Source: a virus (taxonomy: Duplodnaviria; Caudoviricetes). Taken from it: a stretch of 27,092 nucleotides of DNA. A program made the translations under genes and the position numbers. The first letter of the stretch is position 1; each line of letters starts with the position of its first letter. The notes beneath the pieces are model-generated. The model ran no database searches, was not told where the DNA came from, and saw nothing but the letters and a program-made list of their open reading frames with translations. The stretch lies in IMG/VR virus record IMGVR_UViG_3300020044_012869, positions 1 through 27,092 of that record, one strand, 5' to 3'. Positions 16,234 through 24,497 of this stretch are shown in pieces.

Positions 16234-16586
16234 TATTGTTTTGGTATCTGCTTTGCTCAGGCAGTGATTGTCGAGTCGTACCATTCGCTGTGTCTCGCGA
16301 AGCATTGGCCATCATCTCATGCGAGTCTGGCGATGGTCACACCTATGGCACATATACGACGCAGTCCAGATCCAAAACCAATGATGGTGGACTGTTTCAA
16401 TTCAACGACAAAACGTATCTCTGGCTAATGGGCACTGATCATGCGCAAAGGGATTCATACGAAAACCAGTACAAAGCATTTCGCAGATTGTGGAATGATG
16501 GTCGTGGATGGAAGCATTGGAAATCTTCGCAGGCATGCTGGTCGCAATGGATGGTCGTCGTTGATGACAAAGCAATCTGGCAGTGA
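16221..16586 (+). CDS. Rpf/SLT-like lytic transglycosylase with hydrophobic N-terminus
   Basis: Catalytic 'IISCESG', 'GGLFQF...T', 'Q...F..LW..GRGWKHW' lysozyme-fold motifs. Confidence 0.75.
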   Translation: MGAVVLFWYLLCSGSDCRVVPFAVSREALAIISCESGDGHTYGTYTTQSRSKTNDGGLFQFNDKTYLWLMGTDHAQRDSYENQYKAFRRLWNDGRGWKHWKSSQACWSQWMVVVDDKAIWQ

Positions 16587-16675
16587 AGCACATTCTGCTT
16601 GTGCTACTGATGGCAGTGATTTATCTCAGCTGTTTCTTGGTGTTCGCATACTTAGTAGGATTTGTTCGATATTGA
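16583..16675 (+). CDS. Single-pass membrane micropeptide (30 aa); absent from the ORF track
   Basis: GTGA overlap with the transglycosylase stop. MKHILLVLLMAVIYLSCFLVFAYLVGFVRY. Confidence 0.5.
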   Translation: MKHILLVLLMAVIYLSCFLVFAYLVGFVRY

Positions 16676-16688
16676 AAGGGAATCGACA

Positions 16689-16865
16689 ATGAGTAGCACG
16701 ATGCAGGTCTTGGAATTCTGGCGATGGAAACGCATGGAGATTGACGCAGAGATTGCCAAGCATCCTGAGCGAGAAGATTTGCACATCTGGCGCAGTCAAA
16801 TCACTGTGAGGATTGAGCAATTGCAAAAGCAGATACGCAAGGAAGAAGCAGAGAAACACGCATGA
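16689..16865 (+). CDS. Hypothetical coiled-coil protein (58 aa)
   Basis: SD GAAAGGG and ATGA overlap with thyX. Confidence 0.7.
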   Translation: MSSTMQVLEFWRWKRMEIDAEIAKHPEREDLHIWRSQITVRIEQLQKQIRKEEAEKHA

Positions 16866-17530
16866 AAATAGACGTCGATAATCAACATGGCTTCGTCGAA
16901 TTGGTAGACTGGATGCATGTCAATCCATCAGAGAAAATCACTGATGCTGCAAGAGTAAGCTACGACAGAGACGGTGCGCATGATGCTGAGAAGGATGCGC
17001 GTCTGATTGCGCGTCTGGCCAAGGATGGGCACTGGTCTCCATTCCGTCATTCGCCAGTCACACTGATGGTGTCGTGTCCAGAGTTTGTCGCACGCCAATG
17101 GTACAAGCATGTGGTCGGATCTTCGTATGCATTCGTCGATACTGGATGGAATGAAGTAAGCCAGAGATACAGCGAGGTGTTGCATGCATACTATCCAGAC
17201 GTCGTCCATGTGCAAAGCTCAGTGAGCAAGCAAGGATCGGCAGACGTAATGGACGAGATACATGCACAGCAATTGCGCGAATCCATCGAGACATCACTGC
17301 TTCACTATCACTACCTGATTGCACATGGCATGTCTCGCGAGGAAGCACGCATGGCATTGCCATTGGCAGTCTACACACGATTCTACTGGACTGCATCGCA
17401 GCAAGCACTGAAGCATTTCGTCAGTCTGCGCACACACAGCACTGCGCAAAGCCACATCCGATTCTACGCAGATGCAGTCAACACAATCTGTGACCATCAC
17501 TATGGTCAAGCATGGAAGGCCTTTGTATGA
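16862..17530 (+). CDS. thyX: Flavin-dependent thymidylate synthase
   Basis: 'AARVSY', 'HWSPFRH', 'FVARQWYKH', 'NEVSQRY', 'REEARMALP', 'HFVSLR...AQ.HIR'. Confidence 0.93.
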   Translation: MKIDVDNQHGFVELVDWMHVNPSEKITDAARVSYDRDGAHDAEKDARLIARLAKDGHWSPFRHSPVTLMVSCPEFVARQWYKHVVGSSYAFVDTGWNEVSQRYSEVLHAYYPDVVHVQSSVSKQGSADVMDEIHAQQLRESIETSLLHYHYLIAHGMSREEARMALPLAVYTRFYWTASQQALKHFVSLRTHSTAQSHIRFYADAVNTICDHHYGQAWKAFV

Positions 17531-18078
17531 TTCTGAATGACGTCGAGATAGAGAGACTGGCACAGGCAGGCATGATTGAAAATTTCGCACCATGCGAGAG
17601 TCGTCCAGATGTGATTTCCTATGGCCTGACATCGTTTGGCTATGACATGCGTGTTGCAGACGAATGGATGGAATACGCAAATGACACAGTAGATCCGAAG
17701 AATCGCGACGCATTCGATGCCATGTCTGTGCGCACATACAAGCAGTCAGACTATGTGATTGGCGCAGGAGAGTTTGTGCTGTGTCGCAGTGTTGAAAAAT
17801 TCGCCATGCCTGAGGATGTCATTGGCATTGTTGTTGGCAAATCGACGTATGCCAGATGTGGTCTCATCATCAACTGCACACCAATGGAGCCGGGGTGGCG
17901 AGGCGAATTGACGATTGAGATACACAATGCGTCGCTGAATCCAGTCAAGATTTACGCCAATGAAGGCATTGCGCAGGTCGTGTTTTTCCGTGGAGATCGG
18001 CCAAGAGTGACATACTCTGACAAGCGAGGAAAATACCAAGACCAATCTGGTGTCACACTGCCAAGAATGCAACAGTGA
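17527..18078 (+). CDS. dcd: dCTP deaminase
   Basis: 'ISYGLTSFGYD', 'GKSTYARCG', 'TPMEPGWRGELTIE', 'YANEGIAQ', 'GKYQDQSGVTLPR'. Confidence 0.95.
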   Translation: MILNDVEIERLAQAGMIENFAPCESRPDVISYGLTSFGYDMRVADEWMEYANDTVDPKNRDAFDAMSVRTYKQSDYVIGAGEFVLCRSVEKFAMPEDVIGIVVGKSTYARCGLIINCTPMEPGWRGELTIEIHNASLNPVKIYANEGIAQVVFFRGDRPRVTYSDKRGKYQDQSGVTLPRMQQ

Positions 18079-18080
18079 AT

Positions 18081-18113
18081 TCTTGACAGCAATGCGATAA
18101 TAAAAGCAGAAGC
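18081..18113 (+). promoter_or_regulatory. Candidate late promoter motif, copy 1
   Basis: TCTTGACAGCAATGCGATAATAAAAGCAGAAGC, 31/33 identical to 24425-24457, at the start of the lysis/packaging block. Confidence 0.6.
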
Positions 18114-18136
18114 CAATGCATCTGCGAAGGAACACA

Positions 18137-18466
18137 ATGACAAACGCTCCACTACCTATTCCAGTAGCAATTGAGCTTGGCATTCCCGGTGGCACATACA
18201 CTGCCACACAGACATCTGTGCAGGTAGACAAAGCTGGTCAATGGTTTGCGACATCCATGGGCGCATATTTGGTGCCAAGCAAAAAGTTTGCCATTCATCT
18301 GTGGTATCGCAAAACAATCGCAGCAAAATGGGAATTGCAGCAGTTTGTTGAGGATGCGCATGGCAACATCACTGTGATTGGAGATGAATTATTCTTCATT
18401 GTCAATCGCAAAAATGGCACTACGTTTATGCATAAGATTATAAAATGGCAAGGTGTTCGAGTATGA
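18137..18466 (+). CDS. Hypothetical protein (109 aa)
   Basis: SD AAGGA before ATG 18137; ATGA overlap with the endolysin. Confidence 0.7.
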   Translation: MTNAPLPIPVAIELGIPGGTYTATQTSVQVDKAGQWFATSMGAYLVPSKKFAIHLWYRKTIAAKWELQQFVEDAHGNITVIGDELFFIVNRKNGTTFMHKIIKWQGVRV

Positions 18467-19020
18467 CATACGCGTATGCACTGATGCATTGGAAAACTGT
18501 TGAAGAATTCCGCATGCATCTCGACAGGCATAATCCAGATGTGGCACCATGGGCAAAAGGTGTGGTACTGCATCACACATGGAAACCGACACCAAGCCAA
18601 TGGAATGGCAAACGCACCATGGATGCCATGAGCGCGCGATATCAAGCCATGGGATGGCGAGGTGGGCCGCATCTGTTCATTGCTGTCGGATCTCCAAGAC
18701 AAGAGAATGATGGCATCTGGCAGATGTGCCCATTGAATGTTGCTGGCATTCACTGCAGTGATTTCAAAGGGAATGCGTCGATGTGGGGAATCGAAGTAGT
18801 TGGTGATTACGATGTGCGTCCATGGTCAGACGATTTGCACACCATGGTGCGCGCAACGACTCTGGCACTGATGGCATGGCGTGAAATCACTGTGACATCT
18901 GACACGCTCAAAGGCCATCGAGAATACCAAGCTGCGCGCAAGACATGTCCAGGATCAGCAATCAACATGGAAATGATTCGCACAGAGTTTCGCTCATACC
19001 AAGGAAAATATCATGACTGA
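18463..19020 (+). CDS. Endolysin, N-acetylmuramoyl-L-alanine amidase (Amidase_2), catalytic domain only
   Basis: Zn-binding pattern 'VVLHHT', 'PHLFI', 'GIEVVG', 'GHRE...KTCPG'. Confidence 0.9.
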   Translation: MTYAYALMHWKTVEEFRMHLDRHNPDVAPWAKGVVLHHTWKPTPSQWNGKRTMDAMSARYQAMGWRGGPHLFIAVGSPRQENDGIWQMCPLNVAGIHCSDFKGNASMWGIEVVGDYDVRPWSDDLHTMVRATTLALMAWREITVTSDTLKGHREYQAARKTCPGSAINMEMIRTEFRSYQGKYHD

Positions 19021-19219
19021 GACTGTAGAAACGAAGCTGGCCAGAATAGAGACGAAGCAAGACATGATACTGCAACGACTGGAATCTGGAGATGCCAATT
19101 TCAAAGAGTTTGAGAAACGAATTGCGCGTCTGGAGCAACAGGTATATCTGGTCATGATAGTGGGTGGTGGCGCATGGATGGTGTTTCTCGCATGGCTTAG
19201 AATGGGAGGTTTGTCATGA
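19013..19219 (+). CDS. Lysis-cassette membrane protein (coiled coil plus C-terminal TM; XhlA-like)
   Basis: 'LARIETK...EKRIARLE' followed by a hydrophobic C-terminus; between endolysin and holin. Confidence 0.7.
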   Translation: MTETVETKLARIETKQDMILQRLESGDANFKEFEKRIARLEQQVYLVMIVGGGAWMVFLAWLRMGGLS

Positions 19220-19392
19220 AACGATGGTTTCGCAGCAAGACGATTTGGATTAATCTGCTCACTCTGATGGCCATGATTCTGGCAACGATTGCAGCATGGC
19301 CTGAGGTGCAGGAAATTGCACCGCAGATCGCATACGCATTGGCTATCGTCAATGTTCTTCTGCGTTTTGTATCTTCGGAGTCGATACGTTGA
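19216..19392 (+). CDS. Holin (58 aa, two TM segments); absent from the ORF track
   Basis: SD GGGAGG. MKRWFRSKTIWINLLTLMAMILATIAAWPEVQEIAPQIAYALAIVNVLLRFVSSESIR. Confidence 0.75.
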   Translation: MKRWFRSKTIWINLLTLMAMILATIAAWPEVQEIAPQIAYALAIVNVLLRFVSSESIR

Positions 19393-19805
19393 CAATCGCC
19401 AAACGCAGAGAATCTGAATTCAATCTTCCTGATCGTCCATTGTGGGCAGTGCCATTTCTGCGCGCATATGCCAAGACAGGCAATGTCCAGCAAGCACTGA
19501 ATCTTGCTGGCGTGTCGCGTCGATCAGTGTACAAACTGCGCGAAGCAGACGACGAGTTTCGTCAAGCACTGAGCGATGCTGAGGAAGATGGCGCAGACGA
19601 ATTGGAAGCAATTGCGCGTGATCGGGCCAAAGCTGGCAGCGACGTGCTTCTGATTTTCTTGTTGAAGGGATTGCGTCCATGGAAGTATCGAGACAATCAT
19701 CATGTCGTTAACACCAATGCTCCAACAGATTTCGTCATCGATCTCAGCACTCCCGACGATTCGCCACACATCACAGACGTCTCCACAAAAAACATTTTGG
19801 GCTAA
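19389..19805 (+). CDS. terS: Terminase small subunit
   Basis: HTH 'GNVQQALNLAGVSRRSVY....DDEF' and 'SDVLLIFLLKG.RP.KYRD'. Directly upstream of TerL; TTG start overlaps the holin stop. Confidence 0.8.
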   Translation: MTIAKRRESEFNLPDRPLWAVPFLRAYAKTGNVQQALNLAGVSRRSVYKLREADDEFRQALSDAEEDGADELEAIARDRAKAGSDVLLIFLLKGLRPWKYRDNHHVVNTNAPTDFVIDLSTPDDSPHITDVSTKNILG

Positions 19806-20913
19806 TGATGCGCGATTTCGTTTGTTTGTAGGTGGACGAGGATCTGGGAAGACACGTGCAGGTGCAGTCGAAGCACTGCGCCAGCCAAAGAACACGACAG
19901 GTCTGGTCGTTGCACCTACCTATCCCATGCTTCGTCTTGGTGCCATGGAAACCATTCTGAAACTCACTGCAAAAGCAGGCATTGTGACTGCATGGAATAA
20001 ATCCGAAATGGAATTGCGTCTGATTGGGAATCGACGCATTATCTTTCGCAGTGCAGACAATCCAGATCGTCTTCGAGGTGCCAATGCAGGATGGCTTTGG
20101 CTTGACGAGGTGGCCATGATGGACGCAGAGATATGGCCATTGTCCATTGCGACATTGCGCGAAAATCCCGGTCGCGCATGGATGACGACGACTCCAAGAG
20201 GAAAAGATTGGGTATACGAATTGTTCTCTGGCGATCACAAAGACTATGCCACAGTGAGAAGCAAGACCACAGACAATTTCTTTCTGGACGATACATTCGT
20301 TGCCACACTGCGCCAGTCCATGACATCTGAGATGTATCGACAGGAAGTAGATGGCGAATTCACTGATCCCATTGGCACACTGTTTCGCAGAGAATGGCTT
20401 CGACTCACTGATGTGCGTCCACATGGTGCCAAATGGTTTCGCTATTGGGATTTAGCCACATCAACGAGGCAGTCAGCAGACTACACTGCATCTGTGCGAT
20501 GCTGTCTGCATGAAGGTGTTTTGTATATCGCTGATGGAATCCACATGCGCGCAGAATGGCCAGATGTGCGACGCGTCATGGTGTCGATCATGCGCAGTGA
20601 GACAGACACCACACATGGCATTGAGAAAGCCATGAATGGTTTGGCTGCTGTGCAGGAATTGCGACGACTGCCAGAATTGGCATCTGTGCCATTTCGAGGA
20701 ATCGATGTGCGAGGTGATAAAATTCAGCGTGCTATGCCATGGGCAGGAAGGGCAGAAGCTGGAGCTGTGCGCATCGTTGCTGGCGCATGGACACGAGATT
20801 TCCTCGACGAGACTGTGGCGTTTCCTCATGCGCCACATGATGACTATGTGGACGCAGTTTCTGGTGCAGTCGGTATGCTCAGCACACCAAAGATAGAATG
20901 GAGTTTTGCCTGA
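19702..20913 (+). CDS. terL: Terminase large subunit (start uncertain)
   Basis: Walker A GGRGSGKT, 'VAPTY', Walker B WLDE, 'TTTPRG', nuclease 'YWDLA', 'DYTA', 'HDDYVDA'. Confidence 0.95.
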   Translation: MSLTPMLQQISSSISALPTIRHTSQTSPQKTFWANDARFRLFVGGRGSGKTRAGAVEALRQPKNTTGLVVAPTYPMLRLGAMETILKLTAKAGIVTAWNKSEMELRLIGNRRIIFRSADNPDRLRGANAGWLWLDEVAMMDAEIWPLSIATLRENPGRAWMTTTPRGKDWVYELFSGDHKDYATVRSKTTDNFFLDDTFVATLRQSMTSEMYRQEVDGEFTDPIGTLFRREWLRLTDVRPHGAKWFRYWDLATSTRQSADYTASVRCCLHEGVLYIADGIHMRAEWPDVRRVMVSIMRSETDTTHGIEKAMNGLAAVQELRRLPELASVPFRGIDVRGDKIQRAMPWAGRAEAGAVRIVAGAWTRDFLDETVAFPHAPHDDYVDAVSGAVGMLSTPKIEWSFA

Positions 20914-22955
20914 TGCCTATTCAATATCCGAATGGATGGCTTGAGGCCATGAATCGAAGCGGAAAGCTGTATTCTCCAGCAGATGCGTATCGATTAGTGC
21001 CCATGCTGTATCGCGCAGTCAATCTGCGCGCAGATGCATTGTCGTCTGTGCCATTTCAGCTGACGCGCAATGATGCGCAGGTCGAATGGCCATGGCAGAT
21101 GAATGTTCCTCAGCTCATCAAAGATACTGAGCGTAGTCTGTTGGTGTTTGGCGCAGCATACTGGCTTCGTGTCGTCAAAGGACGCACACTGACTGGCTTC
21201 ATCTGTCTCAATCCTGCGAATACCACATGGTTTTTCGACCAAGGCAAAGCAGACATCTATGATCCATATCGAGGCATGATCTGGTCACAGACTCTCAATG
21301 GTCGTCTCTATGGGCCATGGACGATTGACGACATTGTGTATTTTCGTGAGCCAAGCTTTGTGGAGGATGTTGGGCCGGGCCTCGCTCCAGCTGCTGTGGC
21401 ACTGCAACATGCGCAATTGTCACACTACCTGACTGCGTTTGCGACTGCGTTTTTCCAAGGTGGCGCACAGCCAGTTACAGTGATGAATTTGCCAGAGTAT
21501 ACCGATACTGCTGAGGTCGAGCGATTCAGTGCAGACATCAATGCCAAAGCTGGTGGAGGCATCATGAATGCTTTCAAGTATTTGTTTTTGCGCAGTCCAG
21601 ATTTGAAAGTTACGCAGATTACGCCAAACATCGACACCATGCAGATGCCAGAATTGTCTGAGCGTACCATCACTGCCATGGCAGCGACTCTTGGTGTTCC
21701 TCGCACCATGTTGGAAGCCAGTGCAGCAAACTACGCAACAGCAGACAGTGATCGGCAGAGTTTCTGGCGAGAGACCATCACTCCAAGACTCAACATGTAC
21801 GAATCAGTGATTAATTCGCAATTGCTCAATCCTCTCAAATACCAATTCCGATTTAATCCAGAAACCATGGACGTATTTCAGACAGACGAAGCTGCGCGTG
21901 CGTCAAGCTTCCTGCAGTATGTGCAAGGTGGCATTCCTGCGCGATCTGCTGCGCAATTGCTTGGCATTGACAATCTGGACGAGTATTGGCCAGCAGATAC
22001 TGCACCAACACCAGTCGTCACAGACACAGTCACAGAGACGGTCAATCCTGCGCCAGTCTCTGCGCCATTGCCTGTTGAGACAGAGATTGTGGCACTGCCT
22101 GCAGATGCTGAAGCAAAGAATGCAGAATGGGCACTACTCTCAAAAAAAATTGAGCGCAGAATCAAAACTGGTCGCGATCCCAAGACATCATTTGATTCTG
22201 CGCTGATTCCGTCTGAGCAAATTGCATCAGTGATGTCGCGATGCATAAAGGGAATGACTGTGGCAGATTTGCATGCAGTCGTAAACGAAATCAAAGCCAA
22301 TGTTGACGATCTGACACCAGAGGAAAGACGTCTGTACAATCGAATCGTTGCTGAGATGCAGAAAAAAGGACAGGAATGGGCATCTGCTGTAGCACGAGGG
22401 GATGTCGTTGATCCCACACTGGCAGATATCATAAAACCTTCTCTGCAGGTAGAATTAGGTCGCACCATGTCGACTGGCATTGAAAATCTTGGTGTGAGAT
22501 ACGGGCCACAAATGGATCCTGCGCGCATTGGAGAAGTGACGCAGGATTGGCTATCTGAGTATGTGCCAGATCGGTCAAAGGAAATCGACGCAACATCTCG
22601 TCGCATTCTGGAGTCTGTTGTGGCGCAGTATCGTGTGACACCATCCATGACCAAGCAGGATATTGCTGATGCACTGCGAGGAAGTTATGATCAGTCTCGT
22701 GCGATGTCGATAGCCATCACTGAGACGACACGCGCAGCATCGCAAGCAGTCGCGTCGTATCAAAACCATCTAGGAAATCTGGGATTTCGCACTGAGCGTT
22801 TTTGGACGACAGACAATGACGATCTGGTGTGTGTGACATGCGGGCCATTGCACAACAAGAGCGAAGACATTTGGCTTGCTGATTATCCAGAAGGGCCTCC
22901 AGCACATCCTCGATGTCGATGTTCAACATCCATTCGTATCTATAAAGGCGATTAG
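20913..22955 (+). CDS. Portal protein fused to a C-terminal MuF (SPP1 gp7-like) head morphogenesis domain
   Basis: HK97-type portal motifs 'YRAVNLRADALS', 'GLAP', 'FFQGGAQP', 'LGVP', 'ANYATA'; MuF motifs 'IAITETTRA', 'W....D..VC..C..LH', 'PPAHPRCRC'. Confidence 0.9.
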   Translation: MPIQYPNGWLEAMNRSGKLYSPADAYRLVPMLYRAVNLRADALSSVPFQLTRNDAQVEWPWQMNVPQLIKDTERSLLVFGAAYWLRVVKGRTLTGFICLNPANTTWFFDQGKADIYDPYRGMIWSQTLNGRLYGPWTIDDIVYFREPSFVEDVGPGLAPAAVALQHAQLSHYLTAFATAFFQGGAQPVTVMNLPEYTDTAEVERFSADINAKAGGGIMNAFKYLFLRSPDLKVTQITPNIDTMQMPELSERTITAMAATLGVPRTMLEASAANYATADSDRQSFWRETITPRLNMYESVINSQLLNPLKYQFRFNPETMDVFQTDEAARASSFLQYVQGGIPARSAAQLLGIDNLDEYWPADTAPTPVVTDTVTETVNPAPVSAPLPVETEIVALPADAEAKNAEWALLSKKIERRIKTGRDPKTSFDSALIPSEQIASVMSRCIKGMTVADLHAVVNEIKANVDDLTPEERRLYNRIVAEMQKKGQEWASAVARGDVVDPTLADIIKPSLQVELGRTMSTGIENLGVRYGPQMDPARIGEVTQDWLSEYVPDRSKEIDATSRRILESVVAQYRVTPSMTKQDIADALRGSYDQSRAMSIAITETTRAASQAVASYQNHLGNLGFRTERFWTTDNDDLVCVTCGPLHNKSEDIWLADYPEGPPAHPRCRCSTSIRIYKGD

Positions 22956-22956
22956 C

Positions 22957-23415
22957 ATGGCATCAATCGAAGTAGAGTATATTGGCAGAATTAGTGTTGC
23001 GAGAATGCAGGACATGATACAGGCAGTATCTCTCAATTATGCGACTGAAGTAATGTCTCAAATGGTCATGGCAATACCAAAGCCTCCAGCACAAGGATCG
23101 CAAAAATACAAATCGGAAAAGCAACGACGATTTGTTATGGCTGCAATTTCGCGTGGCGATATAAAAATTCCGTATGTGCGTGGCACTGGAAACAAGCTTA
23201 ATCCATCCAGAGATTTGAATCAATCGTATCGCATAGATGTGATTGGCACTGATGCCATACTGATGTCGTCTGCGCCATATGCGCAATATGTGGTCGGTGA
23301 TCGGCAGGCAGAAATTCATCAAAATCGATGGCTAACTGCAGTGCAAGCTGCCGATGTGGTGCATCGAGAAGGTACCATTGACTATCTGGTGCAAAAAGCA
23401 ATGGAGAATTTGTAA
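22957..23415 (+). CDS. HK97 gp10-like/neck-type virion morphogenesis protein
   Basis: 'SEKQRRF', 'YVRGTG', 'SSAPYAQYVVG..Q...H...W'. Confidence 0.55.
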   Translation: MASIEVEYIGRISVARMQDMIQAVSLNYATEVMSQMVMAIPKPPAQGSQKYKSEKQRRFVMAAISRGDIKIPYVRGTGNKLNPSRDLNQSYRIDVIGTDAILMSSAPYAQYVVGDRQAEIHQNRWLTAVQAADVVHREGTIDYLVQKAMENL

Positions 23416-24497
23416 TGCCATATCATATTGAAGTAGAGAATGGCAGATATTGTGTGTACAAAGATGGCGAAAGCAATGCAATGCAATGCTATCAAAGCAT
23501 GGACAAAGCAAACGCATATCTGACTGCACTCAACATCGCCACATCGAATGAAATCAAAGCTACCTACATTGCACCACAGTCTGTGGCAGACAATGCCAGA
23601 CTCGCACTGGACGTGCGATCTGAGAAACCACAAAGCCAGCAAGGGATGACCGCTGTTGGCTTAGCACGCGCAAACCAATTGGCCAATCGTGTGCCAATCA
23701 GTTTGGAAACTGTTCAGCGAATGGTGTCATACTTTGATCGTCATGAGATTGACAAAGAAGGTGCAACATGGTCTGAGCGAGGCAAGGGATGGCAGGCATG
23801 GTATGGCTGGGGAGGCGATGAAGGAAGAGTGTGGGCAAATCGTATTTTAAGGGAGATCAGCATGGAAACGAAAGCTTCGCGACGACATTCAGAGACTGAC
23901 ATGGAAGCACTGCGCATCGCAGCACATCACACCAAACAGACCATGAAAGCACTGCGTACTGTTGGCTATGATGGTGTCAAGCCAAAGAGTGTCAAAGCAC
24001 TGGACGAGTCTGTGAGTCTGACTGAGCGACAAATTTACATGTACGAGACATACGAAGCATTAGCAGAAGAGTATGGCGCATTTGACCAAGGGATTGGCGC
24101 CAATGGCGCACACTATGCTGATGGCGAACAGAATCCCTTTATCGAAGAAGGCATCGTCTGTGGATCCTGCGTGTTTTTCATGGAAGGCAAATGCGAAATC
24201 GTCCAAGGCAACATCGACGCAGAAGGAATCTGCAAACTGTGGATTATTCCAGAGTCTGCATTGAATCTGATTGCTGCTGAGGAATTGGACACAGAAGAAA
24301 CCATGGAAGAATCTGTACCTGATCCTGCAGAAATCGTCAGTGAGTCTGAGGAAATCGAAGAGACAGAAGAAGCAGTTTCCTCCATGCATGAAATGGACGA
24401 GAAAGAAGCCATGAAAGCATCTTCTCTTGACAGCAATGCGATAATGAATGCAGAAGCAGCGAAACGGTTTGCTCAGCGATTGATTGGTGGCAAATGA
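23415..24497 (+). CDS. Multi-domain head-region protein with a HiPIP-like 4-Cys motif and acidic tail
   Basis: N-terminal 'MPY...YCVYK..' module; central 'G.ARANQL...SLETVQRM.SYF.RH...AW..WGGD.G..WA' domain; 'CGSCVFF....CEIVQGNIDAEGICKLW'. Confidence 0.7.
   Translation: MPYHIEVENGRYCVYKDGESNAMQCYQSMDKANAYLTALNIATSNEIKATYIAPQSVADNARLALDVRSEKPQSQQGMTAVGLARANQLANRVPISLETVQRMVSYFDRHEIDKEGATWSERGKGWQAWYGWGGDEGRVWANRILREISMETKASRRHSETDMEALRIAAHHTKQTMKALRTVGYDGVKPKSVKALDESVSLTERQIYMYETYEALAEEYGAFDQGIGANGAHYADGEQNPFIEEGIVCGSCVFFMEGKCEIVQGNIDAEGICKLWIIPESALNLIAAEELDTEETMEESVPDPAEIVSESEEIEETEEAVSSMHEMDEKEAMKASSLDSNAIMNAEAAKRFAQRLIGGK
24425..24457 (+). promoter_or_regulatory. Candidate late promoter motif, copy 2
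   Basis: TCTTGACAGCAATGCGATAATGAATGCAGAAGC, just upstream of the protease-capsid gene and embedded in a CDS. Confidence 0.6.

Noticed and set aside
17095-17170. ThyX motif deviation (WYKHVVG plus an insertion instead of RHRx7S) as a sign of inactivation
   Set aside because: The other catalytic motifs, including NEVSQRY, are intact, and as far as I recall KH variants occur in other phage ThyX proteins.
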